Below, piece after piece: positions 16,683 through 24,766 of a stretch of 32,000 nt of DNA; within the stretch, counting starts at the first letter, position 1, and each line of letters begins with the position of its first letter. A model generated the notes under the pieces. It was not told the DNA's origin and ran no database searches. It worked only from the letters and a program-made list of their open reading frames with translations. A program made the position numbers and the translations under genes. The DNA is from an uncultured Opitutales bacterium (GTDB lineage: Bacteria; Verrucomicrobiota; Verrucomicrobiia; Opitutales; Intestinicryptomonadaceae), in the NCBI GenBank assembly GCA_934613415.1, contig CAKTSY010000002.1, positions 150,001 through 182,000 on the forward strand. Reading direction: 5' to 3'.

Positions 16683-19600
16683 GTGGTGCCGCGCTGCGCG
16701 GTTTTCTTATTAAATAGAAAAATACTGGGGTGAAAATCAGGCCTACTGCGGTAACGCCAAGCATTCCGAAAAATACCGGGGTTCCCAGTGCGTTTCTAAG
16801 TTCCGAGCCCGTGCCCGAAGCTACCACCAAGGGCACTACGCCCAAGATGAATGCAAACGATGTCATTATAATCGGGCGCAGTCTGTTTTTTGCGGCGTTC
16901 GAAATTGCGCTTGTAATTTCTTCGCCTGCGTCTTGGCGCTGTTTTGCAAATTCTACAATCAAAATTGCGTTTTTGCACGCCAAACCTATAAGAACTATAA
17001 AGCCGACTTGCGTCAGCACGTTTACGTCCTGCCCCAAAAGCTGCACGCCCAAAATAGAAAACAGCAGCACCAGCGGCACAATAAGCACAACCGAAAGGGG
17101 AAGCTTCCAGCTCTCGTAAAGCGCCGCCAAAATAAGGAACACAAACACAACGCACAAAGCAAAGGTTATAACCGCGGTTGTAGACCCCGTGCGCTTTTCC
17201 TGAAACGCCAAGTCGGTCCATTCAAGCCCGATTCCGTTCGGCAAAGTTTGTTCGGCAATTTGCTCTATTGCGTTTATTGCCTGCCCCGTTGAGTGCCCGC
17301 GCGAAACATTGCCCATAATTTCGGCTGCAGGGTACAAATTGTAGCGCGTTATAACTTCGGGGCCAACGGTGTTTTTAATAGAGGCAAAGCTGCCTATTTG
17401 CGCGGTTTTGCCGTTTTGCAAAAGCACCTTCATTTTAAGAAGGTCGTCCGGAGTGCTTCGGTCTTTGCCTTCTGCTTGGGCTACAACCTTGTAGGTGCGG
17501 TTTAAAATGTTAAAGTCGTTTACATAAACCGAGCCAAAGTTAAAACTTAGCGTCGAAAATACCGAAGATATATCTGCCCCCATTTTTTCGGCCTGCTGGC
17601 GGTCTATATCCAAACTAATGCGCGGGCTTGCAATAGAAAACATTGTAAGGGCGGTAGAAACGGAGGGCTCTTTTCGGGCTTGGGCGACCATTGCTTTTAC
17701 GTCTTTTTCTATTTCGTTTAAGCCCTTTGCAGACTTGTCTTGTATATAGCCTTTAAAGTCGCCGCCCATGCCTATGCCCGAAACTACGGGCGGCTTTATC
17801 GCATAAAAATTAGCCTCGGGGATTTCGGCATACAACGCCGCCATAAGGCGGTTTATAGAGTCTTCCAAAGTAATGCCTTTTGCGTTTCTAGTTTCCTTGC
17901 TTTCAAGCTGTATGAAAACGGTTGCTCCGTTCGGCATTCTGCCTAAGTTTGCAATATTTAGCCCCGCCATAAGCATGCACTTTTGCGCTTCGGGCAATGT
18001 TTTATATATTGTCTTTTCGGCCTTTTTAAGCACGTTTTCGGTACGCTCTAAAGTTGCGCCGTCGGGCAGCTCTACTGCAAGGTAAAAGTAGCAGGTGTCT
18101 TGCGGTGGAATAAATCCCTTGTCGGATTTGTCGAACACAAATACGGTGGCGGCCAAAAGCGCGACATATAAAAGAGCCAATAGCGCCGAAATTTTCAGAA
18201 TTTTAAACACGCATTTGCCGTATAAGGCCGCCGATTTTTCGAACAGCTTGTTGAACGCCGAGAATGCTTTGCCGAAAATGGCGTTGTAGCACTTTATGGC
18301 AAAATTTTCCCTTTCGGGTTTTTCCATTAAAATTGCGGCAACGGCTGGCGTTAGCGTAAGCGAAACAATGCCCGAAATTATTGTAGAGGCCGCTATTGTA
18401 AGGGCAAACTGCCTGTAAAATTCGCCCGTAATGCCCTTTACAAAAGCAGTCGGTACAAACACCGCGCTAAGTACCAAAACAATGGCAACAAGCGCGCCCG
18501 AAACCTGCGCCATTGCCTTTTTTGCGGCTTCCTTTGCGTTTAGGCCGCCGCGCATATTTCTTTCTATATTCTCTACAACAACAATCGCGTCGTCTACAAC
18601 AATGCCAATGGCAAGAACTAGCCCAAAAAGGGTAAGGTTGTTTATTGTAAACCCGAAAATCTTCATAAAAAAGAATGTGCCTATAAGCGAAATCGGTATC
18701 GCAAAAAGCGGGATTATTGCCGACCTTAAGTTTTGCAGGAATAGCACCATTACAAAAACGACAAGCACTGTAGCTTCCAGTATTGTACGGAAAACCGCCT
18801 TAATGGAGTCTGCAATATACACGGTGTTGTCCATGCCTACCGCGTAGTCTACGCCCGACGGAAAATCCTTTTTCATTTCCTCGAAAAGCTTTAAAACTTC
18901 GCCAGCCGTGTTCGACGCATTAGACCCGGGGGTTTGATATACAAGCAAAGCTATTGCACTGCCTTCCTTGTAAAAGGCGGCGTCTGTATAAGAATATGCG
19001 CCAAGCTCTATTCTTGAAACGTCGCGCAGGCGCACAAGTTTGCCAGTCGGAGTTTTTGCAACAATTATGTCGGCAAATTCGCCAACTTCGGTAAGGCCGC
19101 CTTTGGTTTCTATCAAAATTTCGTGCGAGGCGTCGGGGTTGCCCGTGGGCGACTGGTTTAGTTTGCCCGAGGCTACGTTTTTATTCTGCTTTTTTATTGC
19201 GGCATATACCTGCAAAGGCGAAATTTTTAGGTCCGACAATCTATTTGGGTCTAGCCAAATTCGCATGCTAAACTCCCTTGCTCCGTACTCCATTATAGAG
19301 CCCACGCCGTCTACCCTTAAAAGCCTGTCGCGCATTTGTGTTAGGTAGTAGTTGGTAATATAGGCGGTGTCGCGCGACTTGTCGGGCGAATATAGGCCTA
19401 TTCCCAAAAGCAGGCTGGGCGAACGCTTGGAAACGCGCACGCCAATGTTGCGCACTTCTTCGGGCAAAATGGGCTTTGCAACTTCAACCCTGTTCTGCGT
19501 TAAAACCTGTGCCTGATTTATATCTGTGCCAAGCTCGAAGGCAATTTCTATGCTTACAGTGCCGTCGGAATTGCAGCGGCTTGTAACATACATCATATTT

Positions 19601-19827
19601 TCTATGCCGTTTAGCTCCTGCTCTATTGGGGTTGCAACGGTTTTCATCAGCGTTTCGGGCGATGCCCCAGGGTACATTGCGTCTATTGCTATTGTGGGCG
19701 GCACAATGTCGGGATACTGCGAAATGGGCAGCCCCGAAAAGCCGATTGCGCCCAAAAGCACTATTACAATCGATACAACCGTGGCGAAAATAGGCCTGTC
19801 TATAAAGAAATCGCAAAACTTTTTCAT
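16675..19827 (-). CDS. RND multidrug efflux transporter permease (AcrB/MexB, HAE1 family)
   Basis: 1050 aa with 12-TM architecture. Motifs seen: N-terminal FFIDRPIFATVVSIVIVLLG, GIVVDDAIVVVENIER, IVLIGLACKNAILIVEFA. Confidence 0.95.
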   Translation of the reverse strand: MKKFCDFFIDRPIFATVVSIVIVLLGAIGFSGLPISQYPDIVPPTIAIDAMYPGASPETLMKTVATPIEQELNGIENMMYVTSRCNSDGTVSIEIAFELGTDINQAQVLTQNRVEVAKPILPEEVRNIGVRVSKRSPSLLLGIGLYSPDKSRDTAYITNYYLTQMRDRLLRVDGVGSIMEYGAREFSMRIWLDPNRLSDLKISPLQVYAAIKKQNKNVASGKLNQSPTGNPDASHEILIETKGGLTEVGEFADIIVAKTPTGKLVRLRDVSRIELGAYSYTDAAFYKEGSAIALLVYQTPGSNASNTAGEVLKLFEEMKKDFPSGVDYAVGMDNTVYIADSIKAVFRTILEATVLVVFVMVLFLQNLRSAIIPLFAIPISLIGTFFFMKIFGFTINNLTLFGLVLAIGIVVDDAIVVVENIERNMRGGLNAKEAAKKAMAQVSGALVAIVLVLSAVFVPTAFVKGITGEFYRQFALTIAASTIISGIVSLTLTPAVAAILMEKPERENFAIKCYNAIFGKAFSAFNKLFEKSAALYGKCVFKILKISALLALLYVALLAATVFVFDKSDKGFIPPQDTCYFYLAVELPDGATLERTENVLKKAEKTIYKTLPEAQKCMLMAGLNIANLGRMPNGATVFIQLESKETRNAKGITLEDSINRLMAALYAEIPEANFYAIKPPVVSGIGMGGDFKGYIQDKSAKGLNEIEKDVKAMVAQARKEPSVSTALTMFSIASPRISLDIDRQQAEKMGADISSVFSTLSFNFGSVYVNDFNILNRTYKVVAQAEGKDRSTPDDLLKMKVLLQNGKTAQIGSFASIKNTVGPEVITRYNLYPAAEIMGNVSRGHSTGQAINAIEQIAEQTLPNGIGLEWTDLAFQEKRTGSTTAVITFALCVVFVFLILAALYESWKLPLSVVLIVPLVLLFSILGVQLLGQDVNVLTQVGFIVLIGLACKNAILIVEFAKQRQDAGEEITSAISNAAKNRLRPIIMTSFAFILGVVPLVVASGTGSELRNALGTPVFFGMLGVTAVGLIFTPVFFYLIRKPRSAAPHA

Positions 19828-19855
19828 AATTTTTGCCTAAAAATTTTTGTGTAGG

Positions 19856-20977
19856 TTAAAATTCCAACCTTTCGATTTTTACGTTTACTTGCGGGTTTTG
19901 CGCCGCTCTTTGCAGCCCCTTTACAACAACTAGGCTGTCTTTTTGTATACCGCTTTCTATAACGGTAAATTTGCCTATAACGGCTCCCGTTTTTACGGGA
20001 ACGTTTACGGCTTTGCCGTCTTTTACAACAACAAGATATTTGCCCGTCATATCTGTTCCTACGGCGTTGCTGGGCACTAAAAGGGCGTTGTTTTTTACGC
20101 CTTCAAAAACTGTTATCGTTCCGTACGAGCCCGCAAAAAGGTCATTATTTTTATTGTCTATGTCGGCGCGCATTACAAGAGAAGCCGTAGTAGAATCCAT
20201 TGCGTTGTCGTAGTAGCAAAGCGCGCCGTGTACGGCTTTTCCCAAATTTTTGGGCGCAAACAAAACCTTTGCGCCTTTGTTTGCGTCTATGTCCTTTAAA
20301 AGGCCGCTTGTTTTGTAGCGGAAGGCGTCGGCCGAATTAAGCTCGTAGTACACCTTAATTTTTGAATCGTTTACAATTCTTGCAAGCTTTGTAACGTGTG
20401 CCGATACCAGGTTGCCCGTGTCGGCAAGGTTTTCGCCCACCTTGCCCGAAACGGGAGCACAAACCGTTGTATATTGCAAGTTTAACTGCGCGTTTGTAAG
20501 GGCGGCCTTGGCCTCGGCAAGCTTGGCTTTTGCTATAAGTAGCTCGGTTTCCCTTGTCTGGTAAAGCTCTTTAGAAATTGCGTTGCGCTTAAATAGCCCG
20601 CGCGCTCTTTCGGCGTTGTCGTTTGCCAATGCAACGTGTGACTGCGCCGCCTGCACATTCGCCTTTGCCGCCTGCAGTGCCGCCACATAGGGCCTGTCGT
20701 CTATCTTAAAAAGCGGCGCGCCTTTTTCTACAGTGGCTCCCTTGCCGAAAAACACCTTTTCCAGATATCCCCCGACGCGCGCCCTAATTTCGGCCTCTTC
20801 GTAGGCGACTGCGCGCGCGGCGTAGTCGTTTTTAATTTCAACGTCTTTTACTATGGGGTAGGCCGCAACCACTGTATTGGGCATAGCCTGTGTTTTTTGT
20901 TGGGCGTCCTTTTTGCAGCCGCAAAGCCCAAGCGTTAGCGCAAAAAGCGTAATTGCGTAGAATTTAAAATGTTTCAT
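19856..20977 (-). CDS. RND efflux periplasmic adaptor (membrane fusion protein, AcrA/MexA family)
   Basis: I prefer the start at ATG 20977 (MKHFKFYAITLFALTLGLCGCKK, lipobox). The track ORF extends to 21121 but would overlap tetR by about 140 nt. Coiled-coil hairpin (AALQAAKANVQAAQSHVALA...LAEAKAALTNAQLNLQYT) and beta-barrel domains are present. Confidence 0.85.
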   Translation of the reverse strand: MKHFKFYAITLFALTLGLCGCKKDAQQKTQAMPNTVVAAYPIVKDVEIKNDYAARAVAYEEAEIRARVGGYLEKVFFGKGATVEKGAPLFKIDDRPYVAALQAAKANVQAAQSHVALANDNAERARGLFKRNAISKELYQTRETELLIAKAKLAEAKAALTNAQLNLQYTTVCAPVSGKVGENLADTGNLVSAHVTKLARIVNDSKIKVYYELNSADAFRYKTSGLLKDIDANKGAKVLFAPKNLGKAVHGALCYYDNAMDSTTASLVMRADIDNKNNDLFAGSYGTITVFEGVKNNALLVPSNAVGTDMTGKYLVVVKDGKAVNVPVKTGAVIGKFTVIESGIQKDSLVVVKGLQRAAQNPQVNVKIERLEF

Positions 20978-20982
20978 TGCAG

Positions 20983-21651
20983 TTATATGTTTAGGGTTTT
21001 TTCGAGTACTTTGTTTAAAGATTTTTCTATAAGCGACAATTCGGCCTCGCCGAATTTGCCCCACGAATGAAGCCGCATTACTGCTGGGCTTTCGGCGGCG
21101 TAGGTTCGCACCGTTGCCCACAAAGTGTGCGCAAAAACAATGCGCATATCGCGTGCAAGCTTTTCTTTAGACGCCTTTGCTAGCAGGTCCGACAAAAACT
21201 CGACGGGCTTTTCGTATATTGTGGCATACGCGCATTTAAAGTATTCCGACGGGTTGTCCTGCTCTCTTGTCAATATTTGGCAAAGCGGGGCGACAATTTC
21301 AACTTTCGAAAATTTCCGTATGCAGTCTATCAAAAATTTTTGCACAAAAAGCATTGCGCCCTTGCTGTCGCGCTTCCTTAAAATTTCTTTGCCCTCGGCG
21401 TAGTAGGGGCTAACCGCTTCGTCGAAAAACGACGAAAGCTGCTCTATAACGGTTTTGTATAGGTTGCGCTTGCCGCCAAAATAGTAGCTAATCGAGGCCA
21501 GATTTACGCCGCTTTTTTCGGCAATCTTTCTGGTTCTGGCTCCGTCTAGCGAGCGCATTGCAAATTCCTCGATGGCGGCCTTTGCAATTCTAGACTTCGG
21601 GTCGCTTAAGTCGCCTTCTACAATTTTAGAAATTATATTTGTGTTGGTCAT
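20983..21651 (-). CDS. TetR/AcrR-family transcriptional regulator, first gene of the efflux operon
   Basis: 222 aa. N-terminal HTH motif AAIEEFAMRSLDGARTRKIAEKSGVNLASISYYFGGKRNLY. The stop lies 5 nt before the MFP start. Confidence 0.85.
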   Translation of the reverse strand: MTNTNIISKIVEGDLSDPKSRIAKAAIEEFAMRSLDGARTRKIAEKSGVNLASISYYFGGKRNLYKTVIEQLSSFFDEAVSPYYAEGKEILRKRDSKGAMLFVQKFLIDCIRKFSKVEIVAPLCQILTREQDNPSEYFKCAYATIYEKPVEFLSDLLAKASKEKLARDMRIVFAHTLWATVRTYAAESPAVMRLHSWGKFGEAELSLIEKSLNKVLEKTLNI

Positions 21652-21681
21652 ATGATTTAAACAAATGATTAAAACAAATGA
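21652..21681 (-). promoter_or_regulatory. Tandem 13-nt direct repeat abutting the tetR start codon (TTGTTTTAATCAT TTGTTTAAATCAT ATG on the coding strand); a candidate operator or leader element
   Basis: Read directly. On the plus strand there are two full units, ATGATT(T/A)AAACAA, at 21652-21664 and 21665-21677, plus a partial third (ATGA). The function is inferred only. Confidence 0.25.
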
Positions 21682-21772
21682 ATGAACCGCGTTTTTGTCA
21701 ATATATTTTTATCGTAAAAATTATTGCGCGGCTTCAGCGCCTATTTTTGCAACCGCAAATTTGAATGCCGCA

Positions 21773-21806
21773 GCCCAGAGGAAATCACGTAGCGGCTGGG
21801 CTTTTT
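21773..21806 (+). terminator. Terminator-like hairpin in the long tetR / DUF4405 intergenic region, with no annotated upstream plus-strand gene
   Basis: GCCCAG-N17-CTGGGC followed by TTTTT (plus-strand orientation). A TTGTCA hexamer lies at 21695-21700. The large loop makes this a weak call. Confidence 0.3.
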
Positions 21807-22200
21807 AACGAAACAAAATATGGCGGGCAACTTATGCAAAGCAAGTCCGCAAGGGAAAAGAATCCATTTCGGCTTGTTTTGCGTTAAATGTGCGGGGTTT
21901 GCGATGAAAAAAACTTTTATTCTTTTGTATCCTTTTTATATTACCCTTTGTTAGCAGGCTCGTGCCACGAAATTTTATTTGTAGATGCGTTTAAGTTTTT
22001 ATTGCTTAAAAGCCCTGCCAAATACGACTTGCCCGAAAAGTATTTGGGATACGCTACATTTTCTTCGTCGAACTGGAAAATGCTAGTTTTTGCAATTACT
22101 TGATTTTGCGCTGTAAATGTGTATTAGAAGCTAAAACTTGCCTAATTGTGCCTGCTTTGCAGAATTTGCATTATGGTAGAATTAGGCATAAATTCGGTTC

Positions 22201-22218
22201 TTGTGTATATTTACACAA
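22201..22218. promoter_or_regulatory. Palindrome TTGTGTA-TATT-TACACAA (TGTGT-N6-ACACA core, CRP/FNR-like geometry) about 50 nt upstream of the DUF4405-like gene
   Basis: Perfect 7-bp arms read directly. The geometry resembles the CRP-family consensus TGTGA-N6-TCACA. No regulator gene for it lies in the window. Confidence 0.3.
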
Positions 22219-22260
22219 ATAATTTCGTATGCTAACATTTTGCCCGAAAAATTCCCCCGA

Positions 22261-22896
22261 ATGAAACACTTAAAACATATGCGTATTTGGCTAGACATTC
22301 TTATGTTTGCGGCGTTTGTTGCCGCTTTGGGAATGCGCATAACCGACGTTTTTTTGCACGAAATTTTGGGAACGGCCGCCCTTATATTGTTTGCGGTGCA
22401 CAACATTTTAAATTGGCGGTGGTATAAAAATTTGTTTGCGGGCAAATATTTTGCAATGCGCATTTTGGGCGCTGCAACAAATATCGGGTTGCTTATATTG
22501 TGCATAATTGTTTTTGCGAGCGCCGTAATAATTTCGCAATACATATTCGGTTTCGGGATTTCCGATATGCAGGCAAGGCAGTGGCACTCGGTTGCGGCGT
22601 ATTACCTAATGCTGTCTTTGGGGCTTCATATGGGGCTGCATTTTAATTTTATTTTCGGCAAGGCGGGCGCGTTTGCAAAATGCGCTATGGCGGCATTTGC
22701 GCTATTGGGCATATATGCGGTGTTCGACAGGGCTTTTTTGCAAAAGCTTTTTTGCGGATACTCGTTCGACTACTGGAGCGGCGAATTGCCCGCAGTCCTT
22801 TTTTTTGCCGAAAATGCGGCGATAGTATTTTTAACGGCTGCAATTACGCGCGGCCTGATTTTTATTTTTAACAGTAAAACGAAAGGATTAAAATGA
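22261..22896 (+). CDS. Integral membrane protein, DUF4405-like (cytochrome-b-like, conserved His in TM helices)
   Basis: I prefer the ATG at 22261 (MKHLKHMRIWLDILMF...). About 5-6 TM helices. FLHEILGTAALILFAVHNILNWRWY matches the DUF4405 signature as I remember it. Further His residues occur in WHSVAAYY and HMGLHF. ATGA overlap with the next gene. Confidence 0.55.
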   Translation: MKHLKHMRIWLDILMFAAFVAALGMRITDVFLHEILGTAALILFAVHNILNWRWYKNLFAGKYFAMRILGAATNIGLLILCIIVFASAVIISQYIFGFGISDMQARQWHSVAAYYLMLSLGLHMGLHFNFIFGKAGAFAKCAMAAFALLGIYAVFDRAFLQKLFCGYSFDYWSGELPAVLFFAENAAIVFLTAAITRGLIFIFNSKTKGLK

Positions 22897-24065
22897 AAGG
22901 TTTTGTAAACCATATTCCCGCCAAATTTATTTTTGGCAGCGGCTCGTTCGACAAATTGGGCGAGGAAAAACTCTTCGGCAAAAAGGCCCTGGTTGTTATT
23001 TCTTCGGGTAAATCTACAAGGGCAAACGGCTATTTAGACAGGCTTTTTGCCCAGCTAGACAAGACAAAAGTTGAATATGCCCTGTTCGACAAAATAGAGG
23101 CAAACCCGCTAAAAGACACCGTTATGCAGGGTGCAAACTTTGCGCGCGAAAACAAGTGCGACTTTGTTATAGCCCTGGGCGGCGGCTCTGTTATGGACGC
23201 CTCTAAAGCCATTGCCGCAATGGCGGTAAACGACGGCAACTTGTGGGACTATATCCTGTTCGGCAAGGGCGGCAAAAAGCCCTTTGCAAACAGGGCGTTG
23301 CCATTGGTTGCAATATCTACCACCGCGGGCACGGGCTCGGAGCTGGACGCAGGCGGCGTTATAACAAACCCCGAAACGAACGAAAAAACGGCGGTTTTCG
23401 ACGAATCTTTGTTTCCGGTATTGTCTATTGTAGACCCTACTTTAACTTTAAGCGTGCCGCCGCGCTTTACGGCGTATCAGGGCTTCGACGCGCTTTTGCA
23501 TAGCGTAGAGGGCTATGTTTCGAAAGGCGCAAACCCGATTTGCGATATGTATGCAATAACGGCAATAGAAAACATTGCAAAATATTTGCCCAGGGCCGTA
23601 AACAACGGCAAAGACTTGGAGGCGCGCGAGCATGTGTCGTTCGGCAACTCGCTTTCGGGAATGGTAATGACAACGGGCTCGTGCACAAGCGAACATTCGC
23701 TCGAGCACGCCCTTAGTGCATACCACCAAAATCTGCCGCACGGGGCGGGGCTTATTATGATATGTCAGGCGTATTTTACCGCGTGGATAGAAAAGGGCGC
23801 ATGCCCCGAACGCTTTGTTAAAATGGCAAAGGCAATGGGCTGCGAAAACGCAAAAACGCCGCAAGACTTTATAGAAGCCCTGAAAAAACTTAAGACCGAC
23901 TGCGGCGTAGACGACCTTAAAATGTCCGACTACGGCATTTCCGAAGATGAATTCGAAAAGTTTGCCGAAAACGCGAAGGCGTGCATGGGATTTTTGTTCG
24001 AGGCCGACCAAGTTGCCCTTTCCAACGCCGACTGCGTTGCAATCTACAAAAACTCGTATAGATAA
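22893..24065 (+). CDS. Iron-containing (group III) alcohol dehydrogenase
   Basis: 390 aa. Motifs seen: ALGGGSVMDASKAIA, STTAGTGSE, DPTLTLSVP, and metal-binding His residues in LLHSVEGY and EHSLEHALSAYHQNLPHGAGL. Confidence 0.9.
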   Translation: MKGFVNHIPAKFIFGSGSFDKLGEEKLFGKKALVVISSGKSTRANGYLDRLFAQLDKTKVEYALFDKIEANPLKDTVMQGANFARENKCDFVIALGGGSVMDASKAIAAMAVNDGNLWDYILFGKGGKKPFANRALPLVAISTTAGTGSELDAGGVITNPETNEKTAVFDESLFPVLSIVDPTLTLSVPPRFTAYQGFDALLHSVEGYVSKGANPICDMYAITAIENIAKYLPRAVNNGKDLEAREHVSFGNSLSGMVMTTGSCTSEHSLEHALSAYHQNLPHGAGLIMICQAYFTAWIEKGACPERFVKMAKAMGCENAKTPQDFIEALKKLKTDCGVDDLKMSDYGISEDEFEKFAENAKACMGFLFEADQVALSNADCVAIYKNSYR

Positions 24066-24068
24066 AGT

Positions 24069-24635
24069 ATGAAAAGAAAAACATTTTTAACCTTAGTGGC
24101 AGCCCCCTTTATTTCGGCTGCAGTATCTTTTGGCGAAACTAAACCCGACAAAAACAAAATGCTTATTGTATATTTTTCGTGGAGCGGCAATACACGCCGC
24201 TTGGCGCAAACCATAAAGGACGAAACGGGCGCCGACATTCTTGAAGTTGTGCCCGAAACTGCGTATCCTGCCGACTACAACCAAACGGTGGCCATTGCCA
24301 AAAAGGAGGTAGACGCCAAATTTTTGCGCCCAATTAAAAACGCAAAGGCAAACCTTGCAGATTACGACGTAATTTTTGTGGGTTCGCCCAACTGGTGGGG
24401 TACAATATCTTCGCCTATAAGGACTTTTTTGGCACAAAACGATTTTTCGGGCAAAAAGATTGTGCCTTTTATGACGCACGAAGGCAGCCGTATGGGGCGC
24501 GCCGAAGGCGACATAAAAAAGATTTGCGCAAATTCCACTATGCTTGAGGCTTTGCCCGTTCGCGGCGGCTCGGTTGGCGGCGCCAAAAAAACGGTGCAAA
24601 ACTGGCTGGCAAAACTAGGCATTGCAAAAAAATAG
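24069..24635 (+). CDS. Flavodoxin-fold protein (Flavodoxin_4-like) with an N-terminal signal peptide
   Basis: 188 aa. MKRKTFLTLVAAPFISAAVSFG looks like a Sec signal. It is followed by LIVYFSWSGNTRRLAQ (FMN phosphate loop), VGSPNWWGT and PFMTHEGS. It starts 3 nt after the ADH stop. Confidence 0.75.
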   Translation: MKRKTFLTLVAAPFISAAVSFGETKPDKNKMLIVYFSWSGNTRRLAQTIKDETGADILEVVPETAYPADYNQTVAIAKKEVDAKFLRPIKNAKANLADYDVIFVGSPNWWGTISSPIRTFLAQNDFSGKKIVPFMTHEGSRMGRAEGDIKKICANSTMLEALPVRGGSVGGAKKTVQNWLAKLGIAKK

Positions 24636-24661
24636 AATAAGCCTTTTAGGGAATAAAACAG

Positions 24662-24695
24662 AGCTTTCGGTAAGCATATTGCCGAAAGCTTTTTT
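24662..24695 (+). terminator. Rho-independent terminator of the DUF4405-ADH-flavodoxin operon
   Basis: AGCTTTCGG-taagcatattg-CCGAAAGCT (perfect 9-bp stem) followed by TTTTT. Confidence 0.75.
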
Positions 24696-24766
24696 AGTTT
24701 GCATGCGGTTTATTAGACGCTATTGTTATTTGTCAAAAAGTAGAAATCGGCAAAGACATATTTTAT

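Noticed and set aside
20978-21121. A 48-codon N-terminal extension of the membrane-fusion-protein ORF (track start 21121), overlapping tetR.
   Set aside because: The extension is Arg/Lys-rich and non-signal-like, and it would overlap the tetR 3' end by about 140 nt. The internal ATG at 20977 gives a textbook lipoprotein signal (LGLCGC) 5 nt after the tetR stop.
21888-22103. A 71-aa ORF in the long intergenic region, and a 16-codon hydrophobic mini-ORF at 21904-21954 (MKKTFILLYPFYITLC).
   Set aside because: There is no ribosome-binding context, no recognisable fold and atypical composition. This cannot be supported as a gene from sequence alone. The region is reported as a finding instead.
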